DNA of 63,950 nt, counting the filler, from Octopus bimaculoides (taxonomy: Eukaryota), in the NCBI RefSeq assembly GCF_001194135.2. It is 7 parts of 5 records of this genome, joined end to end, with 100 filler letters (N's around TTAATTAATTAA, not from the genome) between each part and the next. Parts side by side here need not be neighbours in the genome. Positions count along the whole stretch, not along the records: positions 22,486 to 45,638 come from NC_068983.1; 6 more parts are not named here. The stretch is one strand, 5' to 3'. Every line of letters begins with the position of its first letter. Position 1 is the first letter of the stretch. The notes beneath the pieces are model-generated. The model worked only from the letters and a program-made list of their open reading frames with translations, was not told the DNA's origin and searched no databases. Shown here piece after piece: positions 27,283 through 39,797 of this stretch. A program made the translations under genes and the position numbers.

Positions 27283-28102
27283 AGGCAGCGAGCTGGCAGA
27301 ATCATTAGCACGCTGGGTGAAATGCTTAGCGGTATTTCGTCTGCCGTTACGTTCTGAGTTCAAATTCCGCCAAGGTCGACTTTGCCTTTCATCCTTTCGG
27401 AGTCGATGAATTAAGTACCAGTTTCGTACTAGGGCCTATCTAATTGGTTGCTCCCCTTCCCAAAAATTTCGGGCCTTGTGCCTAGAAAAGAAAAGAATAT
27501 TGTTTTTACTTTTCATCTGCCTTTACGTTCTGAGTTCAAATTCCGCCGAGGTCGATTTTGCCTTTCATCCCTTTCGGGGTCNNNNNNNNNNNNNNNNNNN
27601 NNNNNNNNNNNNNNNNNNNNNNNNNNNNNNNNNNNNNNNNNNNNNNNNNNNNNNNNNNNNNNNNNNNNNNNNNNNNNNNNNNNNNNNNNNNNNNNNNNNN
27701 NNNNNNNNNNNNNNNNNNNNNNNNNNNNNNNNNNNNNNNNNNNNNNNNTTGCCTTTCATCCCTTTCGGGGTCGATAAATTAAGTACCAGTTATGCACTGG
27801 GGTCCATGTAATCAACTTAATCCCTTTGTCTGCCCTTGTTTGTCCCCTCTATGTTTAGCCCCTTGTGGGCAATAAAGAAATAAGAAACGTTAGCATGCTG
27901 AGCGAAATGCTTAGCGGTATTTCGTCTGCCACTACGTTCTGAGTTCAAATTCCACCGAGGTCGACTTTGCTTTTCATCCTTTCAGGGTCAATAAATTAAG
28001 TACCGGCTACGCACTGGGGTCGATGAAATCGACTTAATCCCTTTGTCTGTCCTTGTTTGTCCCCTCTATGTTTAGCCCCTTGTGGGGACAATAAAGAAAT
28101 AT
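27283..28102 (+). mobile_element. Tandem cluster of at least three family B SINE copies
   Basis: Repeated GTTCTGAGTTCAAATTCC...GTCGACTTTGCCTTTCATCCTTTCGG(G/A)GTCGAT cores at about 27350, 27530 (across a gap) and 27937, with two different 3' tails. Confidence 0.88.
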
Positions 28103-28958
28103 ATTTATTGATTGTTTTTTATCTACCACAGTTTTTATCTCTTTCCAACGGCACCTAATCACTCCCACCTTCTCTTTTAAAATGTGAGTAGTCATGTTGT
28201 TTCTTTACAGCAAGAAGTCTGTTCGATTCTGTTCTGGCATCTCCTTTCATACTTTTACCCCCACTCAATCTCCTAATGTAAAGCTGACCCCTCAGGGTTC
28301 ACAGTCTTACAAGCAGCATGGCAACTTCAGGAATGCTGGTGGCACGAAAAAAAAGTATCCAGTACATGATGTAAAGTGGTTGGCAATAGGAAAGGCATCC
28401 AGCTCTGGAAAAACCATGCCAAAGCAGACACTGGAGAACAATGCAGCCCTTGAACGCATTTAACAAATTGTGAAATATGAAGTTGAATATAAATAGACAG
28501 GAAAGTATAGCAAGGCATTTATTTATGGCCTCAAACCTAAACAATTCAGTTAAAAATAAGAAAACTTTTTCCTTTATTAAGTTACAAAGCTGACAGAAGG
28601 GGAACATTACAAGAACAAACTGCAAAAGAGTGATGTGCTTACAATTAGTGTTATAAAGAGGATAATACATAGAAGCAACAAATAAGTTACATGAAATATA
28701 TATTTTATATGTATCACATGGGAAAACAACTGCCTGAAAGGAATCAGGGAACTCCTAAATCCCTGATGCTGTTTCTACCAAAAGCAAGAACTCTCTGCCA
28801 AACGTTCTATTCAAGACCTACATGTTCAGAGTAGGCTCAAACACCCAAACCATACTTGTCTCTCAATAGCAATAATAATAAGTGAAGTTTCGAGCAAGAT
28901 CGTTGCTGGTTCCCCTGGACTGGCTCATGCTTTTTTTTTTTTTTTTTTTTTTTTTTTT

Positions 28959-29217
28959 TGTGCGGGTGGCACATGAAATGCACCACTTTGAGCGTGGCCG
29001 TTGCCAGTACCGCCTGACTGGCCTTCATGCAGGTGACACGTAAAAGCACCCACTACACTCTCTGAGTGGTTGGCGTTAGGAAGGGCATCCAGCTGTAGAA
29101 ACTCTGCCAAATCAGATTGGAGCCTGGTGTAGCCATCTGGTTTCACCAGTCCTCAGTCAAATCGTCCAACCCATGCTAGCATGGAAAGCGGACGTTAAAC
29201 GACGACGACGACGACGA
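28959..29217 (+). mobile_element. SINE-like family C (GGTTGGCGTTAGGAAGGGCATCCAGC domain; RTE-type microsatellite tail)
   Basis: Near-identical copies at 29868-30092 (+) and 32905-33200 (-). Ends in GCATGGAAAGCGGACGTTAAA(CGA/TGA)n. Confidence 0.8.
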
Positions 29218-29867
29218 AGGCGTTTGTGGTACAGTGGTTTGGATGGTGGGTTCATGATCATCAGGTTGTGGGTTCAATTTCTCAAACCAGTAGTAAAGTA
29301 TTTATTTCTCTTTGCTCTTAGCAGGCTAAGCTAAAAATGAGAAATAGTGACAGATTAGGGGTTAACCTTGCAACAGATTAATGTTCTTATTCAGAGGATA
29401 ATCTGGTACTCTCACAGAGACCGGGATAAGCTCCAGCCTAATGGACTTGTAGTTTGAGACAGAAATTTTAACTGAATAATAATAAGAAGGATGTGTAATA
29501 TCAAAGTAAAAGCAGTACTAACAATAAATGGGACACTAGGTGTGGTACACACAATCCCAAAATAGCATAGCTTGGCAAATCATATCCATAAAACACTTTG
29601 AATTTAATAGCACAACCCACAAATCACCTATTCTACATAATCTCCACCCAATATTATAGACATAAATCGCACAACACATGCTCTTCACATTCACCACCCA
29701 AAAATATAAAAACAATTCAACACTACACATTCTCTCAGATAAGTGACACCTGATACTAAATAATACAGTGGTCCCTAGCTGTTACACTACTGAGGACTCC
29801 ACCAACTTACAGATCCCAGGCTGTTGAAAGACTCAATATACTGATTTTATTAAATAAAAACATTCGA

Positions 29868-30092
29868 GTGAAGTCGTTGCCAGTGCCACTTGACTGGCCC
29901 TCGTGCCAGTGGCATGTAAAAGCACCCACTACACTCTCGGAGTGGTTGGCGTTAGGAAGGGCATCCAGCTGTAGAAACTCTGCTAGATCAGATTGGAACC
30001 TGGTGCAGCCATCTGGCTTGCCAGTCCTCAGTCAAATTGTCCAACCGATGCTAGCATGGAAAGCAGATGTTAATTGATGATGATGATGATGA
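29868..30092 (+). mobile_element. SINE-like family C copy
   Basis: Same domain and tail as 28959-29217. Confidence 0.8.
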
Positions 30093-30599
30093 ACTCTACA
30101 CTCATCGTTTAACGTCCGCTTTCCATGCTAGCAGAAGTTAAACTCATTATGCCAGCTTCATCTTTCACATGGAACAGATAAATGTAACTGAATAACTACA
30201 AGTAACTGAGTCATTTACATTGCGGTCTTTTAGAATATTGAACATAGTTCACCAGAATGAGATTTGGCATAGATGACTGGACATTTGACCTGTTTTGGCA
30301 ACAGTGCATTTTGGCACTGGAGGCAAACACACACACACACACATGCACAAAAATATGCACATATAGATAGAGAGAAAGAATGACATTATAATTTATTGAT
30401 TGAACACGACTGACATAAGCACTTTCCCTCATCTCATAGAAGTTAAGTGGAATATGCTCACATATATAGACAGAGAACGCTTCTTAATAGACATTGTAAT
30501 TCTTTAGATAAAAACACTGCAGACAAGGAAGTAGGAAACATCTTGCTCATCATCATCATCGTCATGGTCTTAATGTTTATTTTTCCCATGCAATTTAAA

Positions 30600-30800
30600 A
30601 CTGATGTATCAAGTATGTAGAGATATGAAGCAATAAGAGTGAAAGTTGTACCAGTTATCATTGGAACCTTAGGTTCAATCTCCCAACAACTGTCATACCA
30701 CCTGGAACAGATGGATCTCATGACAGACGTGTGAGTGCTCTGAAAATCTTCCCTTCTTGGAAAAACTCATATTCTTAGAAAAGAACTTTCTGTTTAAGCC
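30600..30800 (+). mobile_element. C-terminal relic of a restriction-like-endonuclease non-LTR retrotransposon (R4/Dong-like)
   Basis: VKVVPVIIGTLGSISQQLSYHLEQM...KSSLLGKTHILRK matches the IPIVIGALG...QKxxLLGTAHILR ending. A weaker similar relic (IKVKAVLTINGTLG) lies near 29490-29560. Confidence 0.65.
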
Positions 30801-30869
30801 TTTTCTCAAAGCTTAACAGTTAACATGGAAAGAACAACAAAAACCATTACTTCATATCCATATTGTGAA

Positions 30870-30905
<36 letters not shown>

Positions 30906-30907
<2 letters not shown>

Positions 30908-31456
30908 GCCTGGATGCATTACCAGGCAGTGGCTCTCATGGTTTCTGATCTTAATTGATTGAAAGTGTTATCATGTACGTTGTTTTGTCTTGGTATAAAA
31001 AGATGGGCTACAGCAAATATTCTGCTTAATACCACAGATTTGCTTGTCAGTTGTTTGACCATAACCAGTTGAGCATGTCCCTTGGTGGCTGATGATATGT
31101 GCATCTCTGATCATGAGCAGAAGTAGTGGGGGAGCATCATAGCCATGTGTTGAGAGGAGTTCTTTGGGGTTTGAATAATTCACCTCTGGAAACATGGGTG
31201 TTTTGCTCAACATCCTTAAACAAACCTTATTCAGGGACCTTTTGAGCGGGATAGGCTACTTGACCTGAAGAAAATTCTAACTGGGCCCCTCCTGCGAGGT
31301 CATGTGCTGTTAATCTTGATATGAGATCACCATGTTGCGCACATATGGCTGTGATGCATGTGCCTGGTGTACCCTTATCAGACGGGTAGTCATGATATAC
31401 TGGGCTTTGTATATTTTACCCCAGTGTCACTTTGATGGCATGCACTGCTATCTCAC

Positions 31457-31457
<1 letters not shown>
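30906..31457. mobile_element. Unclassified ~550-bp interspersed element flanked on both sides by (TAA)n
   Basis: Complex non-coding sequence bracketed by (TAA)n at 30873-30905 and 31458-31490; no terminal inverted repeats. Confidence 0.5.
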
Positions 31458-31492
<35 letters not shown>

Positions 31493-31819
31493 GTCTCAAA
31501 TGTTGGCACAAGGTCAGCAATTTTAGAGAAGAAGGGGATTGTTGATTACATTGACACCAATAGTTCACTTTTTTTTTTATCAACTCTGAAAGATTAAAAA
31601 CCAAAATCAACCTCGGCAAAATTGAAACTCAGAACATAAAGAGTTGGTAAAAACATTGCCAGGCATTTTGCTAAATGCTCTAATGACTCCCGCAATATTT
31701 GTATGACATGGGGTGAACGCATGTCATCAAGAATTTTAACATTCCAATTCAATGTTCCTGAAATAAGATATCTGGAAGAATTGCAAAATGCAAGAAATCA
31801 GTAGAACGAGTTATCTTAC

Positions 31820-31959
31820 TTGAGTTTGCTTCCGTTTGGCAATTTTACTTCCAGTTTTGAACCAAAAATTTCATCTGGGTTACCAACCTCATACTCAAGG
31901 TTGTTCCCAGATTCCTTGCAGAATACACGTCGGATACTCAGTTTATTTATGTCAAATAT
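31820..31959 (-). CDS. LTA4H: Leukotriene A4 hydrolase-like, coding exon 2 (140 nt)
   Basis: Acceptor ttttctgtttcag|ATA. Translates as IFDINKLSIRRVFCKESGNNLEYEVGNPDEIFGSKLEVKLPNGSKL, comparable to human VLDTKDLTIEKV...YALGERQSYKGSPMEISLP. Phase-2 donor CTCAA|GTAAG. In frame with exon 1. Confidence 0.85.
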
Positions 31960-32904
31960 CTGAAACAGAAAATTAAAAAAATATATACCAAAAATACTTA
32001 TCATGTAACATTTCAACTTGAAGCTGCTTTATATACAAAGGTTACAGCTTCTTTTGGCTGAGGTTATCCACAGGGAAGAAGAGACAAGAATAGTCTATCA
32101 CATCAACCCCAGAACTTGATCAATTCATTATAGAAGTAGGGTGCCTTACAGTGACACCTAGGGGCAAGTGTCTTCTATTACAGCTCAGGGATGATGAATG
32201 TTTTGCAAATGAATGCACGTCTATATGTGTGTGATTGTGCATATATATGGGAATAGCCAAATATATATGTGATTCATACTACATGAATCTGCCTAACACA
32301 TATTTTGTGCCCTAACATAATGAAACAACTTTATGACCCGGATTAAGATACAGTACATACATATCTCCATATATTACTTTATTTCCTTCACATGTATATA
32401 ACAGTCATAGCTTCAATGAATTTACGGTTAAGGAGCACTTTTAGTGGAAAAAGTCTCCAATATATTGCACCTGATATCATCTGAAATTTTTAGAATTTAT
32501 ATTTTACCCCACTTGAGTACATTAGAAGCTATAAATAACCTTAATAACACAAAATTTTAGCTGCACATACATAATGCATTTGTTACATTCCCTTCAACTG
32601 CATTTATGTCAATCCATGGTGACCTAGACATAAAGTAAATACTCTTATGTCCCAGATTAAAGTAGAAAAAAACATTTCTGCTTTCATAATTTCATGTCCG
32701 CTTTGTGTAATATATTTGAGATTCGTCCATGTTGTCTTCTTTCACATAGACGTGGTCATCATAACTCAAAATATTTCTGTATTTTCAACTGAGCATTCTG
32801 TGTGTGAGGAATACCTCGCATTTAAGAATATTTATCTATGTATTCTGAAGTACTTATCTATCAAATATTCTCATATAAACATACATACACACACTGTTTT
32901 ATAC

Positions 32905-33200
32905 ATCATCATCATCATCATCATCATCATTTAACGTCCGCCTTCCATGCTAGCATGGGTTGGACAATTTAACTGAGGACTGGCGAACCAGATGGCTACA
33001 CCAGGCCCCAATCTGATTTGGCAGAGTTTCTACATGCCCTTCCTAATGCCAACCACTCCAAGAGTGTAGTGGGTGCTTTTACGTACCACCGGCACAAAGG
33101 CCAGTCAGGCAGTACTGGCAACGGCCACGCTCAAAATGGTGTATTTTATGTGCCACCTGCACAGGAGCCAGTTCAGAGGTACTGGCAACGATCTCACTCG
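32905..33200 (-). mobile_element. SINE-like family C copy
   Basis: Reverse complement of family C, with a (CAT)n tail on the plus strand. Confidence 0.8.
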
Positions 33201-33869
33201 AATGTCTTTACACATGTCAACATATCATATATATATATGAATGTAATTTGTAGAACTCTACACGTGCTCCCTTTCAGGTGGACGTCTTATGTCTAGTTCT
33301 GGAAATTATATTTTTAAATTGACAGACTACGCTGATGATCCTGCAGATATTTACTTATGTAAATTTTAACAGGTGAAACCATGGTACATAGGTTAATCGT
33401 TTTTTTTTTGTTTTTTTTTNNNNNNNNNNNNNNNNNNNNNNNNNNNNNNNNNNNNNNNNNNNNNNNNNNNNNNNNNNNNNNNNNNNNNNNNNNNNNNNNN
33501 NNNNNNNNNNNNNNNNNNNNNNNNNNNNNNNNNNNNNNNNNNNNNNNNNNNNNNNNNNNNNNNNNNNNNNNNNNNNNNNNNNNNNNNNNNNNNNNNNNNN
33601 NNNNNNNNNNNNNNNNNNNNNNNNNNNNNNNNNNNNNNNNNNNNNNNNNNNNNNNNNNNNNNNNNNNNNNNNNNNNNNNNNNNNNNNNNNNNNNNNNNNN
33701 NNNNNNNNNNNNNNNNNNNNNNNNNNNNNNNNNNNNNNNNNNNNNNNNNNNNNNNNNNNNNNNNNNNNNNNNNNNNNNNNNNNNNNNNNNNNNNNNNNNN
33801 NNNNNNNNNNNNNNNNNNNNNNNNNNNNNNNNNNNNNNNNNNNNNNNNNNNNNNNNNNNNNNNNNNNNN

Positions 33870-33930
<61 letters not shown>

Positions 33931-34443
33931 TATATACATACACATACACACACACATATACATACACATACACACATACATTTATGTATAACTGTATGGA
34001 TAAATGTATACACATACATGTGGATTATAAATTCATTACTAAATGTTAAGTAAGAAGGGGAGGGGATGACAAAGTAAACACTTGCAATCATCTCTGACCG
34101 CTCCCCCTGTTGTGTTTAGGCAAACCAAACCTCTTCCTGCTCTCATTCACACACACACAAGCATATCATGTGTGTGTGTGTGTGTGTGTATCTGGGTGTA
34201 TCCATGTTTTTTGTGTTTTATTTGTGTAAACAGGTATCGAACTGTGTCTAAACAAAAAAGCTATAACCGTAGCAGTTCTAAACAGAAATCAATAAAATAG
34301 TCCTGGAATAAGTACTGGACTCAATACTATGGACAAAAAACCTAATACAGCAGCAAATACACATATACATACACACATAGACATGTACATACACACACAT
34401 AGACACAGATCAGCATTATCTTTTATGATATCCTGTTTTTTCC

Positions 34444-34620
34444 ATGCCTGTGTGGGTTGGACAGGTCTTGCCACTCGAGGCAGTCATTTGTCATGACCTT
34501 TATGAAGTTCAACACCCTGAGATCAACCTTCACCCCACAACCCATGCCTCCCTCTTCCCAGAGTTCCTTCAGCTTGGATTGCTCAACACTTCATTACCAA
34601 ACAATCATCCTAAATGTGAT
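34444..34620 (-). mobile_element. RTE LINE 3' end relic
   Basis: The minus strand gives VKVDLRVLNFIKVMTNDCLEW, similar to the RTE C-terminus, followed by CCAACCCACACAGGCATGGAAAA, which resembles the family C tail. Confidence 0.5.
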
Positions 34621-34769
34621 TCCTATTTCCAGACTACCGCAGTCTTCTCTTCTGCATGCCACAACTGACTGTACTTGTAACCAGTTTTTCTCTCGGTTCA
34701 TTTGTCTCCATCATTCACACACACATTACACATCCAATTTAGAATGTTTATTCCAGATTTTACTTCCAA

Positions 34770-34910
34770 AGCTCTGGTACTGAGAAGAATCATAAGACAG
34801 GTTCTTCAAGCTAAGCCAGCTAACAAGAGACCTAGGGGTAGACCGAGAACGAGATGGCTGGATAATATTCATAGCCTCAGTTGGTTATTCTTGGGAATCC
34901 AGCAGAAAGG
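34770..34910 (+). mobile_element. RTE (Expander/Rex3-like) C-terminal relic
   Basis: RRIIRQVLQAKPANKRPRGRPRTRWLDNIHSLSWLFLGI contains the RPRGRPRTRW motif. Confidence 0.75.
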
Positions 34911-35069
34911 TGTAATGATAGTTGCTTTTGGTAGGAGGACTCTACCCCAACAACTCTCCTAGGAATAGTGGGTGGAGAAGATAGATGGCTGGCTTCATTT
35001 CTTTTCACATTATCTGCATTCAATACCATGTGCATTGTTGCACTATGCACATATGCATCATATAATCTG

Positions 35070-35350
35070 CATGTCACTCAGATAAAGAATCTCTTTGTTG
35101 TTAGCAGAGGTAATAGCTCTCTGAATTTTTACCACTTTTGTTCTTTCTCTGGCTATTTCGCTGTCTGAATACCCATCTCCACCGCTGATTAGGTCACCTA
35201 GGTAACAGAAACTGCCAACTGCTTCAATGCAGCCTTTCAATAATTTGAAAGAATTCATTTCATGTTTGTGTTTATTGCTAACTCGTCCCATGCATCTGCT
35301 ACATACAAAGTTGTTTGCCAGCCTGCATGTGATGTCATCGCATCTCTTGA
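35070..35350 (-). mobile_element. RTE LINE post-RT relic
   Basis: FVCSRC...IEAVGSFCYLGDLISGGDGYSDSEIAR, then (frameshifted) VKFRELLPLL, typical of RTE ORFs. Confidence 0.8.
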
Positions 35351-36294
35351 GCACCCAAAGAATATGATGAGTCATTATTATTATCCTTTTAATCTGCACT
35401 GATTGAATAGATCAGATGAAATTTGTTGAGGCAGATTTTCTACAACCGGATGACCTCCCTGTTGCCAACCTTCACCTGTTTCAAGGTAAGTAATATTTCC
35501 CTATGGCCAGACATGTCTTCCACAAACAAATGGAAATGAACTCGACACATTTACAACATACATATGCACACACACACATAACTCTGTGTGTGTGTGTGTG
35601 TATAGCAAAACAGGAAAATGGAAATTTTGTGGATATTATTTGTTTCCATTTTCTTGTTTTGTTATACAATAATTCTCAATTTTAATATATATTTTGATTA
35701 ACATACAACACGAACTATAGATACATATCGATGGTAATAACGGAATAAGCAGATATTGCTTCAAGAGGAAACAGCTGTGATTTAACCCCCAACTACTTGC
35801 GTGCGTCCATGTGTAAACACACAACAGGCTTCAGTTTCTGTCAACTAAATCTACTCACAAGGGCTATAGTAGAAGAAACTTACCCAAGGTCAAGGTGACA
35901 TGCAGTGGGACTAAACCTGAAACATGGTCAGGAAGCAAGCTTCAAATCCACGCAAGCAAAATTCCTACTGACGCTTAGGCACAAGCATGGTTGTCTGGAC
36001 ATGGAGTTTGTTTTGTCACTAGCTGGTCTCAAGTTCTATCTCACTGCATAATAGTTTGAATATCTTCTTCTATAGCCTCAACTCAACTGGTAGATGGAAA
36101 CTGTATGGAAACCCATTATGTGTGTGTACTTGTCTGAGTAAATGTTTACGTATGTCCTCAGATGAGAGTTGGCAAAAAATGGTACCGTTTTGTTGGCACA
36201 CTGTGTCAATAAATAATCCTTGAGCATTGTACTTCCAATGACAAATAAATCCAAGAAAGGCATCCAGCTGTAAAACACTCTCTCTTTCTTTCTT

Positions 36295-36375
<81 letters not shown>

Positions 36376-36399
36376 CTCATCTAAAACAAGCTAGCTTGG

Positions 36400-36775
36400 A
36401 TCATCATCATTGTTTTACCTCTCGTTGACACCTCTTGATGTTTCTATTGGTCAATGGTTTCATGCCCTTACTGTCACCAACCCTTGCTTGTTTCGAAGTA
36501 AGGTAAATTTCCCCATGGCTGGACATGTTTCCATGGAAGATTGTAAACAAATAATACCACTTGTACGACATTTACAGTTATGTCAAGATGAGGAGGCACA
36601 CAAACACATATGCATACATGCATACATACATACATACAATAGGTTTCTTTCAGTTTCCATTAATCAAATCCACTCAGAAGGCTTTATTCGGCCTGGTACT
36701 GTTGTAAAAGATATTGCCCAGTAGGGCTGAACTCACAACCACATGGTTGGTAAGCAACTTCTTAACCACACTGCT
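36400..36775 (-). mobile_element. Composite SINE (family A head with alternative 3' module)
   Basis: Same architecture as 24850-25315. Confidence 0.6.
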
Positions 36776-37294
36776 CGATAGCCATCATCAACACAACAAC
36801 TGCCTGGCTTTATTGCTAATTGCCAAAGATCTTGGACTTCTACAAAAAAGATTGCATTCACGCTGGGAGTTTTCCTCTAATTCTCTGAACTAGGTTATTG
36901 ACATACATCAGTTTTCATGGACAGCCAGACGTCATCTCATCTGTTACATTCTCTAGAACTACAAATAAACAGAAGGGGGCCGAGAATCACACACTGCTGG
37001 ACATCTACATGCATGTTAAATACCTGGTTACTAACTTGCCCCTTGCTAACAGCACCACTCTTGTACCCTTGTACATAGAGCACCAGAACAACATGGGTCA
37101 TGAGCAAATATGTATATAGAGTCATATCCATATGTTTAATGAACATACACTGGTTTCACTGTGAAAATAGTAGCCATGATTAAACTACAGGGACCTTGAA
37201 AAATTTGGAAAGGGGATCGAACTGAATTCCAGGTTACTGAAAGCCATATGTTTATTAAACATATGGATATGGTTCCATACACACATGCACACAC

Positions 37295-37330
<36 letters not shown>

Positions 37331-38039
37331 GTATAAATCTACACATATGTATTACACATATACTGACAAACATACACATAAATATATATACATGCACACA
37401 CACACACACATACATGTTTGTGATATATATACATATACATTTTATATCTATAAATATATTGTAACTAAAAAATGTTATCTTATATAAGATAGTGTGAGAG
37501 AATGTTTATGTATGCATGCATATATGTATATACATGTGTGTGTATCTAAGTATGTTTCTGTGTATGTATGTATGTATCGTCTCAGATGAAAGCTCCACTT
37601 CTTCTGTGCTGGAATTTTGCATAGAGGGCACATTTCTTTTTTCAAAGGTAAAATAAGAGATTCTGTTTTGTTTTTTTTCCAATTAAACAACTAAATGTTC
37701 TTAAAGGAACTGTTTCCACAGAGAGGAATGTCTATTTTTGCAAAACAAAAATTGATTTTTCATCAACATTATTATCACTGGCTTAATGTCTACTTTTCCA
37801 TGCTTGCATGTGTGTCAAGGAAATTCTTGAGGGGGCTTTTTCCATAGCCAAATGATCTTGCCTGGAGAAGTTTCAATGGTAGGCTGGAAACAAAGTACAC
37901 CATCTGAGTGGGCCAGAGCAACATGAAATGAAGTGTTTTGCTCAAGAACACAATGCATCACCCAGTCCAGGAATCGAAACCACAATTTTATGATCTCAAG
38001 CCCAACACCCTAACCATTAAGTCATGCACCTCCACAGTA

Positions 38040-38630
38040 TTAGATTGGTACTTTGTTTTATAAACCCCAGAGGGATGGAAGGCAAAACTAGCCTCAACAA
38101 GATTTGAATTCAGTATTTAAAGCAGCAAAAGAAATACCATAAGGCATTTTTTTCTGATGCACCAATTATTCTGCCAACTCACCACCTATCATAACATTAA
38201 TAATTCTTTCTACCACTGGCACAAGGCCCAGGATTTGGGAGGGTAGAAGTCAATTATATCAACCCCAATATTCAATTGGTTCTTATTTTATTGAACCCAG
38301 AAATATGAAAGGCAAAGTTGAGACCATGGCAGAATCTGAACTCAGAAGAAATACTGCAATGCATTTTGTCCAGTGTGTTTAACCATTCTGCCTGCTTACT
38401 GCTGTTATGAGAACATTAATAATGACTTCAGAGTTTGGCATAAGGCCAGCAACCTCGAGGAAGTGGGTAAGTCGATTACATCAACTCCAGTGCTCAACTG
38501 GTACTTATTTTATGGACCCTGACAAGATGAAAAGCAAAGCCGACCTAGGTGGGATTTGAACTCAGAACGTAAAACTGGAAGAAACACGACAAAGCATTTT
38601 GTCCGGCATGCTCATGATTTTGCCGATTTG
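38040..38630 (-). mobile_element. Three adjacent, CpG-decayed family B SINE copies
   Basis: Repeated CTGGTACTTATTTTAT...GAAAGGCAAAG...GATTTGAACTCAG cores with CG changed to TG/CA. Confidence 0.75.
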
Positions 38631-39564
38631 CTACTTTTACTACTACAAGAAGAAGAAGAAGAAGAAGAAGAAGAAGAAGANNNNNNNNNNNNNNNNNNNN
38701 NNNNNNNNNNNNNNNNNNNNNNNNNNNNNNNNNNNNNNNNNNNNNNNNNNNNNNNNNNNNNNNNNNNNNNNNNNNNNNNNNNNNNNNNNNNNNNNNNNNN
38801 NNNNNNNNNNNNNNNNNNNNNNNNNNNNNNNNNNNNNNNNNNNNNNNNNNNNNNNNNNNNNNNNNNNNNNNNNNNNNNNNNNNNNNNNNNNNNNNNNNNN
38901 NNNNNNNNNNNNNNNNNNNNNNNNNNNNNNNNNNNNNNNNNNNNNNNNNNNNNNNNNNNNNNNNNNNNNNNNNNNNNNNNNNNNNNNNNNNNNNNNNNNN
39001 NNNNNNNNNNNNNNNNNNNNNNNNNNNNNNNNNNNNNNNNNNNNNNNNNNNNNNNNNNNNNNNNNNNNNNNNNNNNNNNNNNNNNNNNNNNNNNNNNNNN
39101 NNNNNNNNNNNNNNNNNNNNNNNNNNNNNNNNNNNNNNNNNNNNNNNNNNNNNNNNNNNNNNNNNNNNNNNNNNNNNNNNNNNNNNNNNNNNNNNNNNNN
39201 NNNNNNNNNNNNNNNNNNNNNNNNNNNNNNNNNNNNNNNNNNNNNNNNNNNNNNNNNNNNNNNNNNNNNNNNNNNNNNNNNNNNNNNNNNNNNNNNNNNN
39301 NNNNNNNNNNNNNNNNNNNNNNNNNNNNNNNNNNNNNNNNNNNNNNNNNNNNNNNNNNGAAACGTTCGTCTAAACAGAGGAAGAAAACGGAGAAAAGAGG
39401 AGATAATAATAATAATAATAAAAGTATCTACCATAAGCATTGGATCACAGCATTTTAGTAGATGTGTATAGCTAAGTAATCATCCTCAGTACTTGACTGC
39501 AGTCAGTGAAAGTGTGCCTTTATCAGTAGTTGTCAAACACTTTAGTACCAACAGACCCTTTCAT

Positions 39565-39797
39565 TTAACCCTTTAGCATTTAAACCAGCCATATCAAGCC
39601 AAAATATTCTACCTGCTTTATGTTCAAACTAGCTAGATCCAGCTTCTCACACCTACCTACAATACAATATCATTCTAAAGATAAGCAGTCACACCATTTA
39701 AAATGTGAAGGCTACAAGATGATGTAAAATTAATTGAAAACAATGCAAGCAAATAATGATTACATTTAACAGAATAATTTGAATGCTAAAGGGTTAA
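39565..39797. mobile_element. piggyBac-type MITE, family 1
   Basis: TTAA|CCCTTTAGCATTTAAA...TTTGAATGCTAAAGGG|TTAA; homologous copy at 59574-59803. Confidence 0.85.
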
